Assembly (NCBI GenBank): GCA_041562555.1
Contig: JBFEXS010000006.1
Span: 1 to 36,912 of the forward strand
Source of the DNA: Sulfurimonadaceae bacterium
GTDB lineage: Bacteria; Campylobacterota; Campylobacteria; Campylobacterales; Sulfurimonadaceae
Direction: 5' to 3'
DNA: 36,912 nt
Shown here: piece by piece, positions 1 to 10,111 of the stretch
Numbering within the stretch: position 1 is the first letter of the stretch
How the letters are laid out: every line of letters starts with the position of its first letter
Notes under the pieces: generated by a model
Databases searched by the model: none
Seen by the model: only the letters and a program-made list of their open reading frames with translations
Told to the model about the DNA's origin: nothing
Made by a program: the position numbers and the translations under genes

Positions 1-897
1 CTGCGACATTATGTCGAAGAGGTCAGAGACCAGCTTCTGCACGCTTTAGCCTACTCGGAAGTGACCATCGACTATGCCGAAGAGGATCTACCTGAAGACC
101 TAATCGAGCAGATACAGGCACGTTTGAGTGAGATCTCCAAGAACCTCCAGCGTACATTGCAGGCGAGTGAGAGCCGCCGGGGACTTATGCAGGGTTTCAA
201 AGTCTCACTGATCGGAAAACCTAACGTGGGTAAAAGCTCACTGCTGAACGCACTGCTCAACTACAACCGCGCTATTGTTAGTGAGATCGCCGGTACCACA
301 CGTGACACGATCGAAGAGCAGGTGAAGATCGGTTCGCATATGATCCGTATCGTTGACACGGCGGGTATTCGTGAGGCGGGTGATGAGATAGAGCGTATCG
401 GGATCGGACGATCCATCGAAGCCGTGGAGGAGAGTGATATCGTCATCGCCATCTTTGACGGAAGCCGTGTGCTTGATGAAGAAGACGAGAAGATCATCGA
501 ACTGATGCAGGCGCACAAAAAGGACAGAGCTTTTATCTGTGTCATCAATAAACAGGATCTAGAGCAGAAGTTTTATAAGCGTGCCATTGAGGCTTTTTCA
601 CCGATAGGTATCAGCGCTAAAGCCGACAGTGGTGAACTGATAGACAAACTCAAGACGATCATGGATAGTCAGAATGTCTCCGATGAGATGATGCTGATCT
701 CTTCGCGTCAGATCGAAGCCGTCAAAAAGACTTTGGCAGAGATCGATGACGCGGTCGAACCACTTGCGGATCAGGACCTTGAGATCTTCTCTTTTCACAT
801 GAACCAGGCTATCCATGCCATGGCATCGATCACTCGTCCGTTTGAAAATGACGAGATGCTGGACAAGATGTTCGGCTCTTTCTGCCTAGGCAAATGA
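1..897 (+). CDS. mnmE: tRNA modification GTPase MnmE (TrmE), 5'-truncated by the window edge
   Basis: Frame is open from base 1 (LRHYVEEVRDQLL...). Motifs GKPNVGKSS, GTTRD, DTAG, NKQD and the C-terminal FCLGK signature. Confidence 0.97.
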   Translation: MRHYVEEVRDQLLHALAYSEVTIDYAEEDLPEDLIEQIQARLSEISKNLQRTLQASESRRGLMQGFKVSLIGKPNVGKSSLLNALLNYNRAIVSEIAGTTRDTIEEQVKIGSHMIRIVDTAGIREAGDEIERIGIGRSIEAVEESDIVIAIFDGSRVLDEEDEKIIELMQAHKKDRAFICVINKQDLEQKFYKRAIEAFSPIGISAKADSGELIDKLKTIMDSQNVSDEMMLISSRQIEAVKKTLAEIDDAVEPLADQDLEIFSFHMNQAIHAMASITRPFENDEMLDKMFGSFCLGK

Positions 898-898
898 C

Positions 899-1294
899 AT
901 GAAGATCATTGCGATAGACCTGGGCCTTAAACGTATCGGACTTGCCTACAGCGGAGGGCAGGGGATCGTCACCCCGCTTGAAGCGGTCGAGCGGAAAAAC
1001 CGCAATCAGGCCTCGGCTGCCGTAAAAAAGGTCATAGAAGAGTGGGAAGCGGAAGCGGTGGTCGTCGGTATCCCGATGGGCGGAAGCTCAGAAGATGAGA
1101 TGTGCCGCCGTGTCGCACACTTTATGAACCTGGTTGACTTTGATGGGCCACTTTATTATCAGGATGAGGCGGGGAGTTCAATAGAAGCAGAAGATATGAT
1201 GAAGGGTACGATCAAGTACAAACGTGACGGCCGTGTTGATTCGATCGCGGCCAAGGTCATTTTGGAACGCTGGCTGCGGGCTAACGGCGATTAA
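899..1294 (+). CDS. ruvX: Holliday junction resolvase-like RuvX/YqgF (pre-16S rRNA nuclease family)
   Basis: IAIDLGLKRIGLA, VVGIP, QDE..SS and VDSIAAKVIL motifs; 131 aa. Confidence 0.93.
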   Translation: MKIIAIDLGLKRIGLAYSGGQGIVTPLEAVERKNRNQASAAVKKVIEEWEAEAVVVGIPMGGSSEDEMCRRVAHFMNLVDFDGPLYYQDEAGSSIEAEDMMKGTIKYKRDGRVDSIAAKVILERWLRANGD

Positions 1295-1941
1295 AGTGCT
1301 TGAAAGAACTTCGCTGCTTCTTCCTCATCGTCGGTGAGGTTGTCTGCTGCGAAATGAGGGTCATTGGCGATCTTCTCTTTGACGATGGCCTGACAGTAGT
1401 TAAAGAGACACTCTTTCGCTTCCTCAATATCAAAGAAAAAGCCCATGCCGCTGAATTGGTAGGGCTCTTCCTGCTCGATACAGAACATAAGACCGTCAAC
1501 CTTGGCCTCCAACTCTTCGACCATATCACGGTAACCGATCTCGAAGTCTGTCGCCATCCAGCCGATGTTCTCCATCTCCCTGTCGGCAAATTCTGCGACA
1601 CCGTCAGCCGTGGTGTCGTCATATCCCGAGTTCGGCATATTGAGACCGATAAGTGCTTGCCAGTTGCCGCCGGCTTTGATGAGAACACGGTCTTCATCTT
1701 CTACGATTTTATAGTTGCTGCCCAGAATATCTGCAATTGTCTGCGGTTTCGGCATACTGAGTGCGGAGACTTTTGGCGCTCCTGCTTTGCCTTTGAAGAT
1801 GAAGATCTCTTTTTCGGCATAGGGCGGAGCAAGCACTTCGCCTTTATAGTTAATTGCAAACTCTTGATTAGTGTTGATCGCTTTGAGAAGCTCGTTACGC
1901 GAGATGACAATAATCTCTTTTAGAAGATTGAATTTTTTCAT
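1291..1941 (-). CDS. Hypothetical acidic protein (~216 aa)
   Basis: Long ORF with protein-like composition. Start placed at MKKFNLLK (1941) because a TGaTAGAAT extended -10 lies at ~1968-1976 on the minus strand, inside the longer ORF call. Confidence 0.8.
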   Translation of the reverse strand: MKKFNLLKEIIVISRNELLKAINTNQEFAINYKGEVLAPPYAEKEIFIFKGKAGAPKVSALSMPKPQTIADILGSNYKIVEDEDRVLIKAGGNWQALIGLNMPNSGYDDTTADGVAEFADREMENIGWMATDFEIGYRDMVEELEAKVDGLMFCIEQEEPYQFSGMGFFFDIEEAKECLFNYCQAIVKEKIANDPHFAADNLTDDEEEAAKFFQAL

Positions 1942-2049
1942 AGTTAATATCCGAAATTTTAATTGATGAATTCTATCACGCATAAATTAAAAGATATGTG
2001 CAAGTTGGAGGAACTAAGCTTCCTATAAACTGTTTTTTTACTTAGTTAG

Positions 2050-2057
2050 GATATAAT
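2050..2057 (+). promoter_or_regulatory. sigma70-type -10 box upstream of ilvC
   Basis: GaTATAAT about 46 nt before the ATG; AAGGA Shine-Dalgarno downstream. Confidence 0.65.
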
Positions 2058-2082
2058 CCGCGAAATTTTCACCTCGAAGTAG

Positions 2083-3126
<1,044 letters not shown>

Positions 3127-3133
3127 ACCTCCA

Positions 3134-3156
3134 GCACACCCTTCTTGGGTTGTGTG
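3134..3156 (+). terminator. Possible hairpin terminator after ilvC
   Basis: GCACACCC-TTCTT-GGGTTGTGT imperfect stem 8 nt after the stop; U-tract is weak. Confidence 0.35.
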
Positions 3157-3257
3157 TACTTCACAATATACTTTCTACAGTAAACTTCAAGACTTTCCTA
3201 TTACAATAATTACATTATATCCCGAGCATGAAAAGTGTAACATTATGCCAATAATTA

Positions 3258-3273
3258 TGGCACTGTTATTGCT
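3258..3273 (+). promoter_or_regulatory. sigma54 (RpoN) -24/-12 promoter upstream of minD
   Basis: TGGCAC-TGTTA-TTGCT is an exact match to TGGCAC-N5-TTGCW, ~40 nt before the minD ATG. A GaTATAAT sigma70 -10 follows at 3279-3286. Confidence 0.65.
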
Positions 3274-3311
3274 TTGTAGATATAATTCAGAAAAAGTATT
3301 TAAGGCATTAT

Positions 3312-4112
3312 ATGGGTATCGTTATTACAGTAACATCAGGTAAAGGCGGCGTTGGAAAATCGACTACATTAGCAAATCTGGCAGTAGGTATGGCAGATGA
3401 AGGAAAAAAAGTCGTCGCAATTGATTTTGATATCGGTCTTCGTAATCTTGATATGCTTTTAGGGCTTGAAAACCGAATTGTCTATAATGTCATTGATGTC
3501 ATGGAAAAAAAGTGCAATCTTTCACAGGCACTTATCAATGACAAACACAGTAAGAACCTCTTTTTTCTTCCAGCTTCTCAGACAAATGATAAGAATATCC
3601 TAGATAAACAGAAAGTGAAAGAACTTCTGGATGAATTGAAAAAAGAGTTTGATGTTGTCCTGCTTGACTCTCCGGCAGGAATCGAAGGCGGGTTTGAACA
3701 TGCTATCGCATATGCAGACAGAGCTTTGGTCGTCTCAACCCCGGATGTCTCCTCCGTACGTGATGCTGACCGTGTGATCGGTATTATTGATGCCAAGAGT
3801 GATAAGGCACAGCGAGGAGAAGAAGTTGAGAAGCATGTCATCATCAATCGTATAAAGCCTGAACTGGTTGAGCGTGGAGATATGTTGAATACGGAAGATG
3901 TCTTAAATATCCTTGCACTTCCATTGATCGGTATCGTACCCGATTGTGAAAAGGTGATCAGCTCAACGAACATGGGTGAGCCGATCATCCGTGACAGCAA
4001 GGCACAATCCGGTGAAGCATATCGACGTATTGCCAAACGCATTTTAGGCGAGGAGGTGGATTATCTTGATCTCAGCGTTAAAAAAGGATTTCTCAAGAGG
4101 ATGTTTTCATGA
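3312..4112 (+). CDS. minD: Septum site-determining ATPase MinD
   Basis: [10 protein letters not shown] deviant Walker [26 protein letters not shown] and a C-terminal amphipathic helix (KGFLKRMFS). Confidence 0.98.
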   Translation: MGIVITVTSGKGGVGKSTTLANLAVGMADEGKKVVAIDFDIGLRNLDMLLGLENRIVYNVIDVMEKKCNLSQALINDKHSKNLFFLPASQTNDKNILDKQKVKELLDELKKEFDVVLLDSPAGIEGGFEHAIAYADRALVVSTPDVSSVRDADRVIGIIDAKSDKAQRGEEVEKHVIINRIKPELVERGDMLNTEDVLNILALPLIGIVPDCEKVISSTNMGEPIIRDSKAQSGEAYRRIAKRILGEEVDYLDLSVKKGFLKRMFS

Positions 4113-4345
4113 GTCTATTTACGAACCTGTTTGGTAAAAAAGAGACTTCTGCTTCGGTAGCGCGTGATCGATTGAAGCTGGTATTGGCACATGAGCGTGC
4201 CTCTAATGCCTTACCCTATATGGAGGATATGAAAGCGGATATTATGGAAGTCATCAAAAAGTATACCCAAGTGAAGGATATCCATATCAGTTCACAAAAT
4301 AACCAGAACATTGATGTCTTGGAGATGGAAATTATCCTCAAATGA
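4109..4345 (+). CDS. minE: Cell division topological specificity factor MinE
   Basis: [17 protein letters not shown] motif; overlaps the minD stop (ATGA). Confidence 0.96.
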   Translation: MSLFTNLFGKKETSASVARDRLKLVLAHERASNALPYMEDMKADIMEVIKKYTQVKDIHISSQNNQNIDVLEMEIILK

Positions 4346-5355
4346 CAAAAAAAACAAAAAAAAGAGCGCCAAAGTCCAAATGGGCAATGCGTGTTCTTCT
4401 GCTGTCGCTACTCATTCTTTTTGCAGGTATCATCAGCATTGTCTCGTATAAGAAAGGACATAGTGACGGGGAAAGATATGCACAGTCCGAGTATAAAAAA
4501 GCACAAGCCAAACAAGAAGAACTGCTCAGTAAAATAACAAACATCGCTGCTCCTAAAAACGATCTTGTCGGAAAGTTACAGGATGTATTGAAGAAAGAAC
4601 AGCAAAACAGACAGGTCGATCCAAAGCATGAGTTCGATTCCAACCGTTTGGGTAGACCACCGCAAGGCCCAAAACGTGTTGCTCAGACAAAAAAGATATA
4701 TTCTAACTTTAAAAAGCCAAAGCTGGCGATTATTATGGACGATGTCTCCTTTTCGCACGACGTCAGTGCTATCAAAAGTCTCAACTTCCCGATTACAATG
4801 TCTTTTCTGCCTCCAAGTCCTGCCCATCCCGATTCGGCTAAACTGGCATCCAAGGAGAAGGTCTATATGGTCCATCTACCTCTGGAGGCAATGCACTTTT
4901 CGGCTGAAGAACCGATCACACTGCGCGTAAGCGATTCAAAGGATGTCATCAATAGACGTGTCAAGCAGGTCAAATCGCTCTTTCCACGTGCCTACTATGT
5001 GAACAATCATACAGGAAGCAAGTTTACATCTGATCAACGTGCTGTCAAAGATCTTATTACAGCCTTGGACAATGAGGGTATCGGTTTCCTGGACAGTAGA
5101 ACAACTGCGGAGACAAAGGTACCTAATGTTATGGAGTCCTTGGGAAAACCATATATTGCAAGGGATCTTTTTCTGGATCATGAAGCTGATGTCTCATATA
5201 TAGAAGGACAGATTAAAAAGGCAATATCGAAGGCAAAAGAACATGGCTCAGCTATTGCTATCGGTCATCCGCGTAAGGAGACCTTACAGGCATTGAAAAA
5301 CTCCAAGCGTGCTCTTCAAAGCGTAGAACTTGTCTTCGTGAATAAACTCATCTAG
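4342..5355 (+). CDS. Divergent polysaccharide deacetylase family (YibQ-like) membrane-anchored protein
   Basis: N-terminal TM helix; LAIIMDD, HLPLE, NNHTGS, FLDSRT, RDLFLD and AIGHP motifs. Confidence 0.92.
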   Translation: MTKKTKKRAPKSKWAMRVLLLSLLILFAGIISIVSYKKGHSDGERYAQSEYKKAQAKQEELLSKITNIAAPKNDLVGKLQDVLKKEQQNRQVDPKHEFDSNRLGRPPQGPKRVAQTKKIYSNFKKPKLAIIMDDVSFSHDVSAIKSLNFPITMSFLPPSPAHPDSAKLASKEKVYMVHLPLEAMHFSAEEPITLRVSDSKDVINRRVKQVKSLFPRAYYVNNHTGSKFTSDQRAVKDLITALDNEGIGFLDSRTTAETKVPNVMESLGKPYIARDLFLDHEADVSYIEGQIKKAISKAKEHGSAIAIGHPRKETLQALKNSKRALQSVELVFVNKLI

Positions 5356-5460
5356 TATTCTACATCCTAAAATAAGCTGTTTATGACAGAATGCATATTT
5401 TTGTGCTTACCTGTCTAAAATTGATATACTTGTCTATTCGCATATTTTTGGTGGTAATAG

Positions 5461-6225
5461 ATGAAGCGTGTCGATTTCAATATCCCAGAATTAGATCAAA
5501 TAACAAACCCTATTGAGACCTTGTACTATAAAGGTAATCATAGGCTTTTACAGCAATATAAGGTCTCAATCGTCGGAACCCGAAAACCCAATCCCTATAC
5601 ACAGAAGGTGACCTACGAGTTATCCAATGAGCTTGCTAAACGGGGTGTGTGTATTGTGAGTGGTGCAGCAATGGGTGTTGATGCTATTGCCCATAAAGGG
5701 GCTGGAGCCAAGAGTACAATAGCAATCTTGCCATGCGGTATTGATGTCAGATATCCTGCTATTAACAAACAGTTGATCATGGATATTGAAGAGCATGGGC
5801 TTACAATGAGTCAGTTCCAACCGGAGTTTAAAGCTACACCTTGGAGCTTTGTTGTTCGTAATGAACTGGTAGTGGCTTTAGGTGATATCCTGATCGTGAC
5901 TCAGGCGGATATACGCAGCGGGAGTATGCGCAGTGTCGAGTATGCTCTTAAAATGGGAAAAAAGATATTTGTTCTCCCACACAGACTGGGGGATAGTGAA
6001 GGCACGATGTCACTTCTAGAAGACAAAAAAGCGGAGTTGATTACAGACATACGTGGGTTTGCAGATCGTTTTGGAAGCATCTTAACACAGAAAGATGCTT
6101 TTATAGATTACTGCCGACAAGAGGTGAGCTATGAAGAAGCATTGGCTTTTGATGCACAAAAGCTTTTTGAATACGAGTTACTAGGAAAGATAAAGATCAT
6201 TAATGGAAAAGTCAGTGTTATATGA
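5461..6225 (+). CDS. dprA: DNA-processing protein DprA (Smf)
   Basis: LYYKGN, SIVGTR, IVSGAAMGVDAIAH, FVVRNELV and SGS motifs. Confidence 0.96.
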   Translation: MKRVDFNIPELDQITNPIETLYYKGNHRLLQQYKVSIVGTRKPNPYTQKVTYELSNELAKRGVCIVSGAAMGVDAIAHKGAGAKSTIAILPCGIDVRYPAINKQLIMDIEEHGLTMSQFQPEFKATPWSFVVRNELVVALGDILIVTQADIRSGSMRSVEYALKMGKKIFVLPHRLGDSEGTMSLLEDKKAELITDIRGFADRFGSILTQKDAFIDYCRQEVSYEEALAFDAQKLFEYELLGKIKIINGKVSVI

Positions 6226-6230
6226 GGAGT

Positions 6231-7490
6231 TTAAGTAGTCAGTCCGGAAGTGAATTGTTCTGTAATCTCGTATGCTTCTTCAATAGCGGTCGAGAACTCC
6301 TCTTGAGAGACAGGAAGTTGCGACAAGAACCGATCGACACTATGCGTATCAAAAAGCTCAACTGCACAGACGAGCTGAAAAATGACTCCCAGCTCTCCTT
6401 GATGTACAGTTAAGGTCTGAGAAATCTCATCGTCTACATTAAGCTCTTTAAGAATCACCTGCATAGGTGTCTGAAACAGCGCTTCGACGAGTGAGAGTAG
6501 GCCTACAAATGCTGCTTTATCCAGATGTGCAGAGGTGCATTTTTCTTTATAAATCGTTCTCGTCAATGTCTGCATCATATTTGCGCGGGTCTGGGCAAGG
6601 TTGAGTAAGGGGTTTTCTAAGCCTTTTGGTCCTGAAGGCGGATTGGCGTAGGAGATAAGCAGTAGCCATGACTTAAGTTGATTGGGACCCAAGAGCATGA
6701 TCGCCTGGCGTATGGATTTTATTGATGAGCGAAAGCTGAAAGCTGCTGAATTGATAAAGCGTAACAGCTGCAGCGTCAGTGCGACGTTCTGTTCAAAAGT
6801 TTGACAGATGTCATCAATGGGACTCTCTTGCTGTATCTTTTGAATCAGGTTCAGGATAATGATATGCTCAGGATCTAACCGCCGGTTTTCGATGATATCC
6901 GGTTTTGCAAAGAAAAATCCCTGGAAGAGATCACATCCCAATGCTTTATATCTATCAAACTGCTCTTGTGTCTCTACTTTTTCCGCAAGTATTTTAAGGT
7001 CGAATTTTTTAAAGAGTGTCAGGAATGCAGGCAGTTGATTCTCATTGACAATGGAGATATCAATCTTGAGAATGTCGATGTACTCAAATATCGGTTGAAA
7101 ATTAAGGACATACTCTTTAGAACAATCTGCGTCATCGAGTGCAAAACGGTACCCTTCTTGTTTCAGGGTTTTAATGCGCTCAATTACCTGTTCATTAATG
7201 ATGACGGTCTCTAATATCTCCAGAACAAATTTGTCTTTTGGGATGGAAAAGAGCATGTCATCCATGAGAAGTGCTTCATCAATATTAATAAAGGCAAGGG
7301 CTTTGCCAAGAATGTTTTTTAAGCCAATAAGATTGAGGGAGTTGACAAGAACCTGAGCCGTTGCAGATCGGTCATCTTCGATAGGTGAAAAGCTATGCTC
7401 CATGGAACTGCGATAGAGAAGTTCGTAAGCATAGGTCTGTCCATGAATATCAAGAATAGGTTGACGTGCAAAATAGAGACTCTTTGACAT
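6231..7490 (-). CDS. EAL + HDOD domain protein (YuxH/PdeH-like c-di-GMP phosphodiesterase)
   Basis: ARQPI, YELLYR, FIN, LEILE, ALDD, KID, LAEKVET, QGFFFAKP; the C-terminal part has HDOD motifs (LLRFINSA, SIRQAIMLLG, AFVGLLS). Confidence 0.92.
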   Translation of the reverse strand: MSKSLYFARQPILDIHGQTYAYELLYRSSMEHSFSPIEDDRSATAQVLVNSLNLIGLKNILGKALAFINIDEALLMDDMLFSIPKDKFVLEILETVIINEQVIERIKTLKQEGYRFALDDADCSKEYVLNFQPIFEYIDILKIDISIVNENQLPAFLTLFKKFDLKILAEKVETQEQFDRYKALGCDLFQGFFFAKPDIIENRRLDPEHIIILNLIQKIQQESPIDDICQTFEQNVALTLQLLRFINSAAFSFRSSIKSIRQAIMLLGPNQLKSWLLLISYANPPSGPKGLENPLLNLAQTRANMMQTLTRTIYKEKCTSAHLDKAAFVGLLSLVEALFQTPMQVILKELNVDDEISQTLTVHQGELGVIFQLVCAVELFDTHSVDRFLSQLPVSQEEFSTAIEEAYEITEQFTSGLTT

Positions 7491-7538
7491 GCTATTACTT
7501 TAGGATTGTTTTATGGGTTTCATAATATCAAGAAAACC

Positions 7539-8558
7539 TTAAAGTATAAGCATTGCATCGCCGTAAGAAAAGAAACGATATCTTTCTTTAATCGCTTCGG
7601 CATAAATCTTTTTGGACTGTTCCAACCCTACAAAGGAGGCCACAAGCATAAGCAGTGTTGATTTCGGAAGATGAAAGTTTGTGAGTAAATGATTGATGCG
7701 TATGGGTGGATTATTCGGGTGGAGAAAAAGATTGGCTTCTCCTTCATTCTCGTGCGTACGTGCATAATATTCCACGGTGCGTGTAACGGTCGTCCCTATA
7801 GCAAGCAGTTTTTTATCCGAGTTGATCAGTTCCAGTGCAGCCGGAGGGATGTGATAATACTCCGAATGCATGGGATGTTCGGTAATGGTCTCTGCCTCAA
7901 CAGGTTTAAAGGTTCCTGCACCGACATGCAGGGTCAAAAACTCTAAAGGGTGACGGCTTTTGACCTCTTCAAAGAGTTCAGGCGTAAAATGCAGTGAGGC
8001 TGTGGGTGCAGCAACGGCACCGGAGTTTTGTGAGAAGACACTTTGGTATTCATCCTCATCGTCCTGATTGTCTTCTCTTTGCATGTATGGTGGAAGAGGG
8101 ATGTGTCCTATCTCATCCAGTACCAGGATAAGTTCTTCAAAAGAGAGAGGTCTGCCATGCTGTGTAAAGCTAACAATACGCGAACCATCCTCATTCAAGG
8201 CATTCACATGGGCGATGAGGGATAGGTCAAAATAGAGCTCACTGCCTTCTTTGACTTTTCCCCGGATCAGGACAGAAATGTCCTTGCTATTGAGAGGTTT
8301 GTTGATCAGTAACTCTATTTTGCCACCGGAACTCTTTTTGCCAAATATACGTGCTTTGATCACCTTTGTATCATTGCAGAGTATGGCACATTCAGGAGGA
8401 AGGTAGTCATTGATCTGGGAGAATAGTGTATGGGTGATACTTCCATCCTGACGATTATAGACAAGGAGTTTACAGCTATCCCGGGGTGAGGCAGGCACAG
8501 TTGCGATCAGCTCTTCTGGGAGAACGTAATCATAACTTTCGGTTTTCAGCGGATCCAT
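7539..8558 (-). CDS. queA: S-adenosylmethionine:tRNA ribosyltransferase-isomerase
   Basis: NDTKVIKAR, GHIPLPPYM, AVAAPTASLHF, TLHVGAGTF, TNFHLPKSTL and YRFFSYGDAM motifs. Confidence 0.98.
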   Translation of the reverse strand: MDPLKTESYDYVLPEELIATVPASPRDSCKLLVYNRQDGSITHTLFSQINDYLPPECAILCNDTKVIKARIFGKKSSGGKIELLINKPLNSKDISVLIRGKVKEGSELYFDLSLIAHVNALNEDGSRIVSFTQHGRPLSFEELILVLDEIGHIPLPPYMQREDNQDDEDEYQSVFSQNSGAVAAPTASLHFTPELFEEVKSRHPLEFLTLHVGAGTFKPVEAETITEHPMHSEYYHIPPAALELINSDKKLLAIGTTVTRTVEYYARTHENEGEANLFLHPNNPPIRINHLLTNFHLPKSTLLMLVASFVGLEQSKKIYAEAIKERYRFFSYGDAMLIL

Positions 8559-9355
8559 CAGGCTTGTTTGGCTGCTTCTTCAGGTGAATCCTCTTCTTCA
8601 TCTTCTTCAAGAGGAGGAGCAGGGTTGACAAGGCGTACGATCAGAATAGAGACGCCATACAGGATGATAAGCGGTCCGGCCATAAGTAATTGGGTCAAAA
8701 CATCCGGTGGTGTCAAGAGTGCTGCAACGATAAAAATTATGACAACGGCATATTTGAAGAAGTTACGCATCATTCTGTCATCGATCAGGCCTAAAAGGGC
8801 AAGAAAATAAGAGAAGACAGGAAGCTCAAAGGCCAGACCAAATCCAAACATGATCTTTGTAAAGAAACCGACATAGTCTTCGATGGTGATTAAAGCAGCA
8901 TAATTACTGGTGTAGCCAAAGGTGATCAAGAACTCAAAACCATAAGGAACAACGATGTAGTACGCAAATAAGACACCAACGACAAACATCGTTGTACCGC
9001 CAAAGATAAAGGGCAACAGCATCTTTTTCTCATTGGCGTATAGACCAGGGGCAACAAAAAGCCAGACCTGCCATAGCAGTACGGGGATCGAAAAGAACAG
9101 TGCTGCAAAAAAGGAGACCTTGATCGCTACAAAGAAGGTCCCGCCTACTTGTGAAGTGACAAGCTGATTGCCCGTTGCATGGGTACCGTCTGCATTTACG
9201 ACAGAGTCCAAAACATCCCGCAAGGGCTGGTCCATCCAGTGCATGATGATGTCATGGAAGGTAAAACAGACTGCAAAGAAAACGATCAAAGTTCCGACAA
9301 TGATCATCAGGCGTTTTCGTAATTCTACAAGGTGGGGACGTAGATCATCAAACAT
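8558..9355 (-). CDS. tatC: Twin-arginine translocase subunit TatC
   Basis: HLVELRKRL, W.FVAPGLY..EK, FGLAFELP and TPPD motifs; about six TM helices. Confidence 0.98.
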   Translation of the reverse strand: MFDDLRPHLVELRKRLMIIVGTLIVFFAVCFTFHDIIMHWMDQPLRDVLDSVVNADGTHATGNQLVTSQVGGTFFVAIKVSFFAALFFSIPVLLWQVWLFVAPGLYANEKKMLLPFIFGGTTMFVVGVLFAYYIVVPYGFEFLITFGYTSNYAALITIEDYVGFFTKIMFGFGLAFELPVFSYFLALLGLIDDRMMRNFFKYAVVIIFIVAALLTPPDVLTQLLMAGPLIILYGVSILIVRLVNPAPPLEEDEEEDSPEEAAKQA

Positions 9356-9810
9356 TAGGCTTTGTCCTCTTCTTCATTTTTTTCTGGGGATGCTTTGGAA
9401 GTCTCTGCTAAGGTTTCTTCGTTAGCACTCTTGTTTTTTTTCTTTTTTTTCTTTTTTTCAAAAGTCACTTTTGGTTCTTCTTCCGCAGGTTTTTTGTTTG
9501 GTTGAAGGGTGGTGTTTGTAACGGTGTCATGAACGTAATCAAACTCATCATCAAGGCTAGCCATCGAGGTGACACGTTCAAGCTCATTACTTGCGGACAT
9601 AAGCTCATTCTTGTAGCTAAGGGCTTCTTGTTTGAGTTCAGAAATATTCATCTCCTGTTCGAGAGATTCTTTCGCTGAAGCGACCGTAGATTTCATGGAT
9701 CTGAAAAACTTTGCAATGTTCACCATTGTTTCTGGAAGCTTGTCCGGACCAAGAAAAATAACGGCAATAATAGCAATAATCATGATCTCCATAAAACCCA
9801 TACCAAACAT
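9355..9810 (-). CDS. tatB: Twin-arginine translocase subunit TatB
   Basis: MFGMGFMEI..IAIIAVIFLGPDKLP; directly upstream of tatC. Confidence 0.95.
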   Translation of the reverse strand: MFGMGFMEIMIIAIIAVIFLGPDKLPETMVNIAKFFRSMKSTVASAKESLEQEMNISELKQEALSYKNELMSASNELERVTSMASLDDEFDYVHDTVTNTTLQPNKKPAEEEPKVTFEKKKKKKKNKSANEETLAETSKASPEKNEEEDKA

Positions 9811-10019
9811 GCGCGTATCCTAAAATTTTTATTTATATTTTAGACGTGATTTTATCGAAAAGCAGATTAAAAGTTCTTGACTAAATTTATGCCGGGAAGA
9901 TGTGTGATAAAAAAGGAATACTCTTTGCTGAGTGTAAGCGGTATTGGAACAAATGTATTGGGTTCGAGAACCTATAAATCAATCGATACAATGTATATAA
10001 CCAGGTAGGGAGATAAGTC

Positions 10020-10109
10020 ATGGTTTCTCAAGTCAAAGTCGGTGTTTTTGTCTTTGCTATAGCCGTTTCAGTCGCTTCGGCATTGACAATATTAAGCAAG
10101 CTTGCATGA
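10020..10109 (+). CDS. Putative 29-aa single-pass small membrane protein (below the ORF-track cutoff)
   Basis: MVSQVKVGVFVFAIAVSVASALTILSKLA; GGGAG SD 7 nt upstream; GaTACAAT -10 at 9985-9992. Confidence 0.6.
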   Translation: MVSQVKVGVFVFAIAVSVASALTILSKLA

Positions 10110-10111
10110 AC

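Noticed and set aside
1300..1923. 207-aa plus-strand ORF antisense to the hypothetical gene
   Set aside because: Shadow ORF with no SD or motif; the minus-strand ORF has a promoter and more protein-like composition.
3152..3343. 63-aa ORF between ilvC and minD as a possible minC remnant
   Set aside because: No MinC-like motif or SD, and it runs over promoter elements. minC is unlinked from minDE in Helicobacter too, so its absence here is not unusual.
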